From an uncultured euryarchaeote (GTDB lineage Archaea; Thermoplasmatota; Poseidoniia; Poseidoniales; Poseidoniaceae): DNA of 22,901 bases. Within the stretch, counting starts at the first letter, position 1. Each line of letters opens with the position of its first letter. Positions 14,458 through 22,899 of the stretch are shown here, piece after piece. The notes beneath the pieces are model-generated. The model made no database searches. It saw only the letters and a program-made list of their open reading frames with translations, and was not told where the DNA came from. A program made the position numbers and the translations under genes. Where the stretch lies: assembly GCA_937899865.1 (NCBI GenBank), contig CALBRH010000014.1, positions 1 to 22,901 on the forward strand. The letters run 5' to 3'.

Positions 14458-16545
14458 TCAGGCTTGATTATTATTGTAAGCAATGCCATCTGTCCAAATA
14501 GTGTTTGACCAAGTAGTGCCTATAAAATTAGCATTTGTAACAGTAGCACTCTCGAAGTCCGCATTGGTTAAGTCAGCATATCTGAGATCCGCATAGGTCA
14601 AGTCGGCATTGGAGAAGTCCGCACCAATCAAGTCAGCATATCTGAGATCCGCATTGGTCAAGTCGGCACCAGTGAAGTCCGCATCGGTCAAGTCAGTATA
14701 TCTTAAACCCGCATTGGTCAAGTCGGCAACAGTGAAGTCCGCATCGGTCAAGTCGGCATAGATCAATTGTACATTGGTCAAGTCGGCACGGTAGAAATCA
14801 GCATCTTTCAAGTCAGCACGTGGCATATACGCGTTGGTCAAGTTGGCATATTCGAGCTCCGCATTGGTCAAGTCGAGTCCATAGAGGTTCGCATTGGTCA
14901 AGTTGACATGCGCGAGGTTCGCATCGGTCAAGTCGGCATGTATGAAGTGCGCATTGTTCATATTAGCCGGACCACACCAGTCTAAATTACATGCAATATC
15001 AATTCTGTTGAATTCAGCATTTTGTAAGTAGGTTTTGTTCATTCCTGCGTGGATAAATGTAGCATTAAATGCAACGATATTACGTAAATCAGCATAGTCC
15101 AAAGTAGCATAATCAAAAGTCGTATTTTGTAGATTGGCCCCACGTAAGTCAATACCAGTCAAGTCCATTCCTGACAAATCCATGTAACTAAGGTCAGCTC
15201 CTGCACAGTAAGCATACGGTACAAGTTCACAAGGATTAAAATTCGGTTCTACTGAATAATATTCCCAATCAGTCCAAATTGTATTATACCAAATCGCATT
15301 ATTAAACTGAGCATTATTTACAGAACCGTGTCCGCCGATTCGTGTACCTGTTAAGTTTGCAAATTCAAAATTTGTATTGTCTAAATTAGCCCAATTAAAA
15401 CTAGTATTTTCACAGTCTGCATACCAAAATGAAGCCCCATCAAGATTAGCATATCGAAAATTAGCCCAGGTCAAATCACTATACGCAAAATTAGAATACT
15501 CTAAGTCTGCATAATCAAATCGAGCATAAGATAGATTTGCCTCTCTAAATTGAGCGCTATTAACTGTTGCAGAATTAAATTCAGCGTAACTTATCTCAGT
15601 TCCATAAAAACTAGCTTCGCTAATATATGCATTACTGAAATCTGCGTAAGATAACTCTGATTCATACCAAGAAAATCCCCAACTACTGACATATGAAAAT
15701 TTAGCAAATCGTAAATTCGCATGGTAAAAACTTGCATTACTGAAAGATGAATTATATGCAACAAGACCACTCAAATCAGCATAATCTAATACACTTTGTT
15801 CGAATGTTACATTGTCAAAATTTGCGCCTCGAAAATCAATTCCTGTTAAGTCCATACCTGACAAATTTAAGTTGCTTAAATTTGCACCAGCGCAGTTACC
15901 AAATCGCACTAATTGACAACTTGCTGCATTTGCTAAATCAGCTTCTAATGCAAAGATTGCATTCCATACCATTGAAAGGTTTGATTTCATTTCAGTAACG
16001 TTAGTATTGATTGCGGTAAACCAAGTGTAATACAATTCGATAGTATCATCAATAGTAATCAAATCACCATCTATCGAACTAATGTTCGACAAAAGAACAG
16101 CCATGTCTTGATTCATTACTAACAATTGTTGTTCCAAATCATACATCATTGTCTCATTAGCCGCTTGGCCATCCATACCAGGCGCTCCTTGTGGTCCAGC
16201 CTCTCCGGCCGGTCCTTGTGCACCATCAGCTCCAGGCTCACCTTGTGGTCCTTGATCGCCAGCCGGTCCTTGTGCTCCATCAGCACCCTTGATATCAATA
16301 AAAGACCAACCAGTGGTTAGACAAACTTCGAAGGTATCAACATCGGCAACATAATACAATCTGCCCAGTGTTTCAGAGTTACAGTTAGGCAAATCATCAC
16401 CAGAATCAACCATATACACTTTCCAATCATCTAAGGTTTCAGTTGGCTCATCATCTGAACCACCATCATCGTCGCCACCAAAACATCCAGCAAGAGATAA
16501 GGTAGCCATCATTAAAGCAAACAAAACTGCGTTCAAGCGTTTCAT
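14458..16545 (-). CDS. Lipoprotein with collagen-like repeat, coiled coil and two pentapeptide-repeat modules
   Basis: Lipobox LAGC; about 14 GXY triplets (GADGAQGPAGDQGPQGEP...); heptad region; A(D/N)Lxx pentapeptide repeats in two blocks, each opened by C.LV....CAGA.LS and closed by W.NTIWTD. Confidence 0.92.
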   Translation of the reverse strand: MKRLNAVLFALMMATLSLAGCFGGDDDGGSDDEPTETLDDWKVYMVDSGDDLPNCNSETLGRLYYVADVDTFEVCLTTGWSFIDIKGADGAQGPAGDQGPQGEPGADGAQGPAGEAGPQGAPGMDGQAANETMMYDLEQQLLVMNQDMAVLLSNISSIDGDLITIDDTIELYYTWFTAINTNVTEMKSNLSMVWNAIFALEADLANAASCQLVRFGNCAGANLSNLNLSGMDLTGIDFRGANFDNVTFEQSVLDYADLSGLVAYNSSFSNASFYHANLRFAKFSYVSSWGFSWYESELSYADFSNAYISEASFYGTEISYAEFNSATVNSAQFREANLSYARFDYADLEYSNFAYSDLTWANFRYANLDGASFWYADCENTSFNWANLDNTNFEFANLTGTRIGGHGSVNNAQFNNAIWYNTIWTDWEYYSVEPNFNPCELVPYAYCAGADLSYMDLSGMDLTGIDLRGANLQNTTFDYATLDYADLRNIVAFNATFIHAGMNKTYLQNAEFNRIDIACNLDWCGPANMNNAHFIHADLTDANLAHVNLTNANLYGLDLTNAELEYANLTNAYMPRADLKDADFYRADLTNVQLIYADLTDADFTVADLTNAGLRYTDLTDADFTGADLTNADLRYADLIGADFSNADLTYADLRYADLTNADFESATVTNANFIGTTWSNTIWTDGIAYNNNQA
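14560..14940. repeat. Intragenic tandem repeat, 13 units with a 30-bp period (two pentapeptides per unit)
   Basis: Core CGCATTGGTCAAGTCGGCA recurs at 14560, 14590 ... 14920 with about 10 variable nt per unit; the first six units alternate with a 60-bp period. Confidence 0.9.
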
Positions 16546-16568
16546 ATTCTATTTGACTCTACTTCTCA

Positions 16569-16578
16569 ACATAAACCT
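16569..16578 (-). promoter_or_regulatory. TATA box of the pentapeptide-repeat gene
   Basis: Minus-strand AGGTTTATGT about 26 bp upstream of the ATG at 16545; no SD motif. Confidence 0.5.
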
Positions 16579-16598
16579 TCCTCGGGTTAGGTGACCTC

Positions 16599-16733
16599 AT
16601 TGGAAATCAATCGCTCCGCATGGTATCAATAGATATTGGCGGGCGATGCAGTTTTCCAATTAACCGCTACGACCAATATAATTGGAAATCAATCGCTCCG
16701 CATGGTATCAATAGATATTGGCGGGCGATGCAG
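16599..16733. repeat. Perfect 53-bp direct repeat (16599-16651 and 16681-16733) containing the tRNA-Arg 3' end
   Basis: ATTGGAAATCAATCGCTCCGCATGGTATCAATAGATATTGGCGGGCGATGCAG occurs twice, separated by 29 bp. Confidence 0.95.
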
Positions 16734-16795
16734 GATTCGAACCCACGTCTCCGGCTCCGAAGGCCGGAAGGATATCCAGACTACCCTAATCGCCC
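16719..16795 (-). tRNA. tRNA-Arg(TCG), CCA encoded
   Basis: Minus strand GGGCGAT...CCGGC-CTTCGGA-GCCGG...GTGGG-TTCGAAT-CCTGC-ATCGCCC-G-CCA. Confidence 0.96.
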
Positions 16796-16912
16796 GTATT
16801 TGCTCCCACTAAGAACTCCTTCTTGAAGAAGTATGTTCGATTGGAAGGGTGCGTCGGGCTAAACATTATACTAACGCTTATGTCGGATTAAATTAATGAT
16901 AGAGTTGGAATT

Positions 16913-17602
16913 ATGAGTTTGTGGGACAAAGTAACTGCTGGTGGGGTAAAAGATGAACTCATACAAGGACTGACATCTGGGGAATTATCACCCAATTTCG
17001 AAGTTATTAGAGAATATACTGACCACTCAGGTGGGCGCAATATTGTAGGTAACACAATCGCTACAGCGTTCTTTCTTCCTTGGATTATTATTGGATTAAT
17101 CTTCATTGGTGTAAGTTTCTTGATCCTTTTCAGCCCAGATAGTGAAGCTCCCATTTGGACATCAGGTTGTACATTTATCGCCGGTTCAATAGCTACAATA
17201 ATTGGCTTTTCCTCCGTCAAAGCTTCCGTCGGAGAGGTAGTCAATCCTGATGATTATGTCAAATACGAGATAACAGTTTTCTTCAATAGTCGTGAGCGAT
17301 ATCTAGCAAAAATCGAGGTAATTCTTGACGCGACTGATGATGATTTAATCGGCGATATTACAATTGTCGATGAGATTATTCTCTCTGACAAAAGCGAGAT
17401 TAAATGCAAATTCCGTCCTGGCTCGGATGGTGCTGTAACGACAGATTCACACAATTATTTTGTTTCACATGGCAATATATCAATCATAATTGACCATCAT
17501 GGGTATTTGAAAGATAAAGCGAAGACTGAAATTGCCGATCAATGGTCTAAAAAACTTGGAATAAAGGTTGGAACTCCTCTATTAACGCACCTAATTGGCT
17601 GA
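16913..17602 (+). CDS. Hypothetical membrane protein (two TM helices + soluble C-terminal domain)
   Basis: 229-aa ORF; hydrophobic helices at about aa 50-73 and 81-100; no motif recognised. Confidence 0.7.
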   Translation: MSLWDKVTAGGVKDELIQGLTSGELSPNFEVIREYTDHSGGRNIVGNTIATAFFLPWIIIGLIFIGVSFLILFSPDSEAPIWTSGCTFIAGSIATIIGFSSVKASVGEVVNPDDYVKYEITVFFNSRERYLAKIEVILDATDDDLIGDITIVDEIILSDKSEIKCKFRPGSDGAVTTDSHNYFVSHGNISIIIDHHGYLKDKAKTEIADQWSKKLGIKVGTPLLTHLIG

Positions 17603-17655
17603 TATGTCATAAAATCTACCTGTTGTTTGAATAATGATTTACTCCTCATAAGCAC

Positions 17656-18060
17656 ATGGCGCGCAGATTACCGTGTATTACTCGGTCTTGCTCGGCGTGC
17701 TGTCGGGAAACTACAATGCCAGTAACTAAGGCTGAAGCGGCTTTATTGTCGCGCAGAACCGGCATGAAGGTAGAAGATTTTACTTGGAGTAACAAAGGAA
17801 TTCTAACCTTGATGAATAGTGATATTACCAAAGCATGTATGTTTTTGTTGACAGATTCAGATGAAAAGTATGCAGAAGGAATTTGTTCAGTATACGATAT
17901 TAGGCCAAAGGGTTGTCAGATGTATCCAACAGTATTGAATAAACATGATATGGCAATAATCGACGATGGTTGTCCTTATGGCAAAGAATTTCCCGAACCA
18001 TCAGAAGAAGATTCAATCACTTTACTCAATCTTGAGGAGAAATTGATGCGAGGAGAATAA
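17656..18060 (+). CDS. YkgJ-family cysteine-cluster (Zn/Fe-chelating) protein
   Basis: CITRSCSACC, CMFL, CSVYDIRPKGCQMYP, CP motifs. Confidence 0.88.
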   Translation: MARRLPCITRSCSACCRETTMPVTKAEAALLSRRTGMKVEDFTWSNKGILTLMNSDITKACMFLLTDSDEKYAEGICSVYDIRPKGCQMYPTVLNKHDMAIIDDGCPYGKEFPEPSEEDSITLLNLEEKLMRGE

Positions 18061-19150
18061 GGCGTGACAAACTTGCATGTACATGTTCTTGCCATTGGTT
18101 GATTATTTCCGCCCCAATTGAGTTCATCATTTGTTTGAAATTATTCCACTCTCCATGAAGTAATTCTAACTCCTCATTGTCTTTGTTAGGCTTGATTGGA
18201 ATTATCAAAACTAATTTCGCATTATCACTAACTATTTTTTTTGCACTCTCAATAGTATTGCTAATTAATTCAAAGTGGTCATGTGTGCCGTGAGAATTTC
18301 TACCGTATGGCGGGTCTAAGACTACACCAGAGACCTTGCCATGCCACATCTTTGGGATTGATTCAACAAGATTGCAAGCATCTCCAACAGATATTTGGAA
18401 ATTTGATTTTACTTCATTATCTTGTAATGCCCAATCAATATTTTGTTTTGCCCCCAAGATCATGTCTTCATCCATATCAATTGCCAAACAGTTTCTTCCC
18501 ATGGTAATGGCTTCCATAGCAAATCCTCCAGTACCGGTCATCGGGTCAAGAATTGCATTCTCATCAATTGGTCCCCCTGCGAGATTAACAGCCAATCTTG
18601 CTAGTCTTGGGTCAAGGCTAATCGGTCTGAAAAATGGTCTTTCTGTGGCTCTACGAGTTGCAGTTCCTATCGAATCATCAAAGTCACCTATCAGCCATCC
18701 ACATACGATAGTATTGGACATTCCATCAGCAATCAAGCCAATTTCATATTCAGGCTCGTTTAGGTTAATTGAATATCCATGTGATACTGCAAGACTACCG
18801 ATTTCACCAGCTAATGATTTAGTAGATACGCCATCTATTCTTCCAGCGATTCGAAGATACCTAACTGCAAGCGAGCCTCGCATAGGGAATTTTTCCAATA
18901 CGCTTGAAATTTTTTCCAACAAGGTAGTTTGGTTTTGTTTTGGATAATTGATTAGTTCAACATCTCTCAGAAAACACTGGATGCCACTTGAACACGACAA
19001 AGACTGTTGCAATTCCTTTGCTGGCTGTTGATTAGTTAGCATCATTCTTGGGCTTAATTCCTCGAATTTTGCAGCAGGAAATAAGGCTACTAATTCGGCT
19101 TGCGCAAGACCTACATGCCAGCCACGTAGACAAGCCAATGTTTGCGCCAT
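18026..19150 (-). CDS. THUMP-domain tRNA m2(2)G10 methyltransferase (Trm11/TrmG10-like)
   Basis: ERPFFRPISLDPRLARLAVNL, LDPMTGTGGF (SAM binding), LDPPYG (amino-methyltransferase motif IV), INLNEP (THUMP). Confidence 0.88.
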   Translation of the reverse strand: MAQTLACLRGWHVGLAQAELVALFPAAKFEELSPRMMLTNQQPAKELQQSLSCSSGIQCFLRDVELINYPKQNQTTLLEKISSVLEKFPMRGSLAVRYLRIAGRIDGVSTKSLAGEIGSLAVSHGYSINLNEPEYEIGLIADGMSNTIVCGWLIGDFDDSIGTATRRATERPFFRPISLDPRLARLAVNLAGGPIDENAILDPMTGTGGFAMEAITMGRNCLAIDMDEDMILGAKQNIDWALQDNEVKSNFQISVGDACNLVESIPKMWHGKVSGVVLDPPYGRNSHGTHDHFELISNTIESAKKIVSDNAKLVLIIPIKPNKDNEELELLHGEWNNFKQMMNSIGAEIINQWQEHVHASLSRLILLASISPQD

Positions 19151-19225
19151 GAAGCAACTAAACGATTCTACTAATTGACCAAATCGGATGCAAATATTAA
19201 CACGCTTGCGGCTTTAGTCTACATC

Positions 19226-20254
19226 ATGGGCTGTAACCTACGCGATTTAGCACAACCGGAGACACTCGAATTAAGTTCATTATCTGGTCAAAAAATAGGT
19301 GTTGATGCCTTTCTAACCGCTTTTCAATTCCTTACCACAATTAGAGATCGCTCACCAGAGGGAGATGGAGGTCCGTTAAAATCCAGTAATGGAAAAGTAG
19401 TATCTCACCTAATGGGTTTTCTTAATCGTACAACTACTCTGCTTGCAGCAGGAATCAAACCGGTATTCATTTTCGATGGTAAGCCACCGGAACTAAAAGC
19501 GGATGAAATCGCTAAGCGTAAAGCACGTCGCGAAGAATCCAGAGCAATACATCAACAAGCTTTGGAAGCAGGAGATTTTGCTTTAGCCCAAAAAATGGCA
19601 CAACGAATAATATCTTACACACCAGAAATGGTTGAAGAAACCAAGCAATTACTGGATTTACTTGGAGTACCTTGGGTTGATGCTAAAGCAGAAGGAGAAG
19701 GCCAAGCTGCAGTCATGGCTGCCTTAGGACAGTTAGATGCAGTTGCCACACAAGACTGGGACGCTTTGCTATATGGGACTCCTGTATTGATTAGAAACAT
19801 GATGACTGCGGGCAATAAATCACATGGCAGAGTGGTCAAGGCACAAAAAATCATTCTTGATGAACTACTCAATGAACACCAACTAAATAGGGAGCAGTTA
19901 ATCGATTTGGCAATTATGATTGGCACCGATTTTCATCCTGGAATCAAGGGTATTGGGCCAAAAACAGGAATCAAATTAATCAAACAATTTGGTGATATCG
20001 AAACGATTTGTCAAGAAAAAGGCAAAGAAGTTCCAGAAAGACTTGACGAGATTCGTGAGATTTTTCATAATCATCCTTCGACAGAAGTAGCCAATGATAA
20101 ATTGCAAATGGGGCAAGTAGATGTGGCAGGACTACAACAATTTTTGCAAGTTGAACGCCAATTTAGTCAACGTCGAATGGATAATGCGATGGAGAAATTA
20201 AAACAGGCAGGATTAATTCGTGATGGCGGACAAACCAGTTTGTTTTCTTTTTAG
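19226..20254 (+). CDS. fen: Flap endonuclease-1
   Basis: Start MGCNLRDL (ATG 19226); GVDAF, FIFDGKPP, EGEGQAA, TQDWDALLYG, GTDFHPGIKGIGPKT; C-terminal PIP box QTSLFSF. Confidence 0.97.
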   Translation: MGCNLRDLAQPETLELSSLSGQKIGVDAFLTAFQFLTTIRDRSPEGDGGPLKSSNGKVVSHLMGFLNRTTTLLAAGIKPVFIFDGKPPELKADEIAKRKARREESRAIHQQALEAGDFALAQKMAQRIISYTPEMVEETKQLLDLLGVPWVDAKAEGEGQAAVMAALGQLDAVATQDWDALLYGTPVLIRNMMTAGNKSHGRVVKAQKIILDELLNEHQLNREQLIDLAIMIGTDFHPGIKGIGPKTGIKLIKQFGDIETICQEKGKEVPERLDEIREIFHNHPSTEVANDKLQMGQVDVAGLQQFLQVERQFSQRRMDNAMEKLKQAGLIRDGGQTSLFSF

Positions 20255-21276
20255 TAAAACCTTAACGGGCTGGCTAAAACCTCAACTCCATTATACTGAG
20301 TGACCAATTCTCGTGCGACTGATTGTTTATCATTCAATGCCTCAGTGATGGTATTTACTGGGGCACAAGGAATTCCTTTGAGTAATTCTTCCAATTCATT
20401 TCTTTTATGTTTAGCAACAATTTTACCGACCATTGATTCAATGACTTCTCGGTTAGCAATTCTACCAGCATTTGTTGCCCAATCCGGATTTTGCTCAATG
20501 TTGAGATATTCGCATAGGTTTTCCCATTGCTGGTCAGATCCAACCCCGATGACAAACCATCCATCATTGGCCTGAAAGGCTCGATATGGTACTAGATTAG
20601 GATGTGCAGAACCCATTCGATGTGGGTCTTTACCACTTGCCAGCGCATTATGCGCCTGATTTACCAATGCTGCAATAGCACAATCCCATAGTGAAATATC
20701 GATATTTTGTGATTCACCAGTTTTCATCTTGTGAAATAATGCGGCTAAAATTGCGTTACTAGCATTGAGTCCGGTGATGACATCAATCCATGCTACACCT
20801 ACCTTGGCAGGAGACCCGTCACTATCTCCGGTAATACTCATGATGCCACTACGAGCCTGTAATGCGATATCGTATCCAGGCTCATCACGTCTTGGTCCAT
20901 CTTGTCCATAAGCAGAAATTGAGCATAAAATTACATCATCAGGTAAATCTCCAACAATCCTTTGCAAGGTGCCTGGCTTGAAATTCTCGACAACCACATC
21001 AGCGCTATCAATTAATTCACGCAACTCATCAGTTTGTTGTTTCAAATTCATTGTTTGGATTTGTTTGCCACGATTGCATGATAGAAAGTATGCCGCAACT
21101 TCTTCTCCATCAAATCCAGTGGTAAATGGTGGGCCCCATTTTCTGGTATCATCGCCCCATGGTGCTTCAATTTTGATTACTTCAGCACCAAGGTCTGATA
21201 GCATCTGTGTACATAGTGGTCCAGCCAGTATTCTTGACAAATCTACAATTTTGATACCGTTCAATATGCCGCTCAT
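20251..21276 (-). CDS. CoA-transferase family III (CaiB/BaiF)
   Basis: LNGIKIVDLSRILAGP, DLGAEVIKIE, NRGK, ADVVVENFKPG, GYD, HPNLVPY. Confidence 0.93.
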   Translation of the reverse strand: MSGILNGIKIVDLSRILAGPLCTQMLSDLGAEVIKIEAPWGDDTRKWGPPFTTGFDGEEVAAYFLSCNRGKQIQTMNLKQQTDELRELIDSADVVVENFKPGTLQRIVGDLPDDVILCSISAYGQDGPRRDEPGYDIALQARSGIMSITGDSDGSPAKVGVAWIDVITGLNASNAILAALFHKMKTGESQNIDISLWDCAIAALVNQAHNALASGKDPHRMGSAHPNLVPYRAFQANDGWFVIGVGSDQQWENLCEYLNIEQNPDWATNAGRIANREVIESMVGKIVAKHKRNELEELLKGIPCAPVNTITEALNDKQSVARELVTQYNGVEVLASPLRFY

Positions 21277-21301
21277 GACCTTGCGAAACGCCTTGAGTCG
21301 A

Positions 21302-22726
21302 TTAAAGCGCTGATATTCTGTGATAGATTAGATAATCAGTATCAGTGTCAAATTTGACCCAATTTTCATCGAGATATGATTGCCAATCATCGGTAAAAAT
21401 AACCCAATCGATATCAGAATCGTCCAGTATGTGGCTCCAATTATACTGATAATCTGCCCAATATCCTATCACTCCTCGATCATGTTCTGGGTCGACAGTA
21501 ATCTGCAGCGTGTACAATCTATGCATGGCGTGGTACGGCTCTGAAACATACAGAATATTGTCTCCATCCTCAACCTCGTCAGCGATTTCTTGCCCAACAG
21601 CCTCCATGCCACCAGTGGTATTGAGCATGCTTGAGTTGAGTAATAGCATTATCAACAACGCAAAACCAAATGCATACCGACTGGGATTGTTGTTTAGAAC
21701 TAGTTCTTGCTCCTTTGAACGTAGAAAATAAGACCACCACATAGGGATAATCAATACTGATAGATAGCGGAAAATATAACTAAATTGCTCTGCTGCAACT
21801 ACTGCAGTAACTTGTAATGAGGATTTTTCAACCTCCATTAACATCACTATGTAAGCGATTAATCCAACGAAACAAACCTGCGTAAGAAGAACAAGTAAAT
21901 CACTATCACTGCTCCTGTTTCTCATGTCAGAGATGAAAATTAGCGTTCCCATGAACAGGTAAATGAAGCCACCAACAAATAATGCATTGAAAATGAAATA
22001 GCCAGTGTCTGTAGACAAAGATTCGCCACGCAGACTCGTGAAAACAACTGACATTATGATACATGAAAGTAAAACAATAGGCACACTCATTGGCTTGAAG
22101 TCAAGCCCTTTGGCTGCAATTACTGCTGGAGGGATGAATAGAATGATTGCATATGCGGGATTTAGGCCTTTAATCGACAATATTGCCATCAGTGAGAAAA
22201 ACACAATCGAAGCCCACAGCGTTGGGCGCTTTTTCCACCTGATTTGTAGTAATCCAAAGATGATTAGAGTTGCAAATAGTAATATTATATTCTCTTGATA
22301 TAATCGTCCAGTAGCTCTAATCAGTGGACTGTATATCGCACAAATTGCTGTTAGTGCAAGGGCATTATTTGCATTAGTGATTCTAGATGTACACCAATAG
22401 ATCGTGCCAAGAGTTAGTAGAAAAATTAGTAGAGATAGCATATGGAAAGATGCTATGCCGTTACCAAATACAGCAATCCACAAGCCGATTATTGTATGCC
22501 ATACCATCCACTTATCGTCTGCACTAACCTCCGTTGGAGTGGAATATTCAGCACCATCAGTTCTAATCTCGCCCCAATCAAGGCTTGGGCTACCATCATC
22601 TATTCCATCGGTGACGTAGTTTAGATGGACATATGCATCTAATCCGAGCGGCATTACCATTGATGCTGCGGTATGAAAAAATATTCCGACAACAAGGATA
22701 CTAAACCATATCCTCTTGTCATCCAT
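21302..22726 (-). CDS. Polytopic membrane protein, possibly a GT-C-fold glycosyltransferase
   Basis: About 11-12 TM helices; first loop with acidic residue (GLDAYVH); RATGRLYQE loop; small soluble C-terminal domain. The membrane-protein call is firm, the GT-C call is tentative. Confidence 0.6.
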   Translation of the reverse strand: MDDKRIWFSILVVGIFFHTAASMVMPLGLDAYVHLNYVTDGIDDGSPSLDWGEIRTDGAEYSTPTEVSADDKWMVWHTIIGLWIAVFGNGIASFHMLSLLIFLLTLGTIYWCTSRITNANNALALTAICAIYSPLIRATGRLYQENIILLFATLIIFGLLQIRWKKRPTLWASIVFFSLMAILSIKGLNPAYAIILFIPPAVIAAKGLDFKPMSVPIVLLSCIIMSVVFTSLRGESLSTDTGYFIFNALFVGGFIYLFMGTLIFISDMRNRSSDSDLLVLLTQVCFVGLIAYIVMLMEVEKSSLQVTAVVAAEQFSYIFRYLSVLIIPMWWSYFLRSKEQELVLNNNPSRYAFGFALLIMLLLNSSMLNTTGGMEAVGQEIADEVEDGDNILYVSEPYHAMHRLYTLQITVDPEHDRGVIGYWADYQYNWSHILDDSDIDWVIFTDDWQSYLDENWVKFDTDTDYLIYHRISAL

Positions 22727-22839
22727 GAGTCAAACAAACGACACTTACCTTTGAGCATTATCGCATCAATTGGTGGTTTTGCTCGTTTTGAGGACGCCTT
22801 GCTCTCGCTCGGCTTCTCAGACTAAACTTAGATTATGTC

Positions 22840-22899
22840 TCAGTTATTCTTGTCGTTTTGGACTTGAACACGGACATCTTGAGCAGCAGCCTTGCATGC
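22840..22899 (-). CDS. C-terminal fragment of a small helical protein, possibly Hc1/histone-H1-like family (5' truncated)
   Basis: Minus-strand frame reads ACKAAAQDVRVQVQNDKNN*, resembling the K..AQ..R..VQ..KN end of that family. Only 19 aa are visible. Confidence 0.4.
   Translation of the reverse strand, partial: ACKAAAQDVRVQVQNDKNN

Noticed and set aside
14560-14940. CRISPR-like periodic repeat (about 20-nt conserved core + about 10-nt variable part)
   Set aside because: The period is exactly 30 bp and in frame within the pentapeptide CDS, the variable parts are too short for spacers, and there are no cas genes.
16160-16290. Short GC-rich DNA repeats (CCGGTCCTTGTGC.CCATCAGC)
   Set aside because: Explained by the collagen GXY coding repeats.
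16599-16733. Two-repeat mini-CRISPR (repeat, 29-bp spacer, repeat)
   Set aside because: Only two copies, 53 bp long, one of which is part of the tRNA itself; no leader or cas genes.
14458-16733. Diversity-generating retroelement or intact integrative element
   Set aside because: No reverse transcriptase, integrase or transposase in the window, and no template/variable repeat pair with adenine-specific differences was seen.
18336-18947. 203-aa plus-strand ORF and other antisense or alternate-frame ORFs (e.g. 4103-4363, 5980-6312, 16888-17244, 19615-19926, 20969-21313)
   Set aside because: They lie largely or wholly within well-supported genes on the opposite strand and show no recognisable motifs.
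19175-19225. N-terminal extensions from the track's upstream starts (FEN1 19175, RibD 13366, DAGK 13402)
   Set aside because: Family-typical N-termini begin at downstream ATGs (19226, 13438, 13342); the extensions are promoter sequence.
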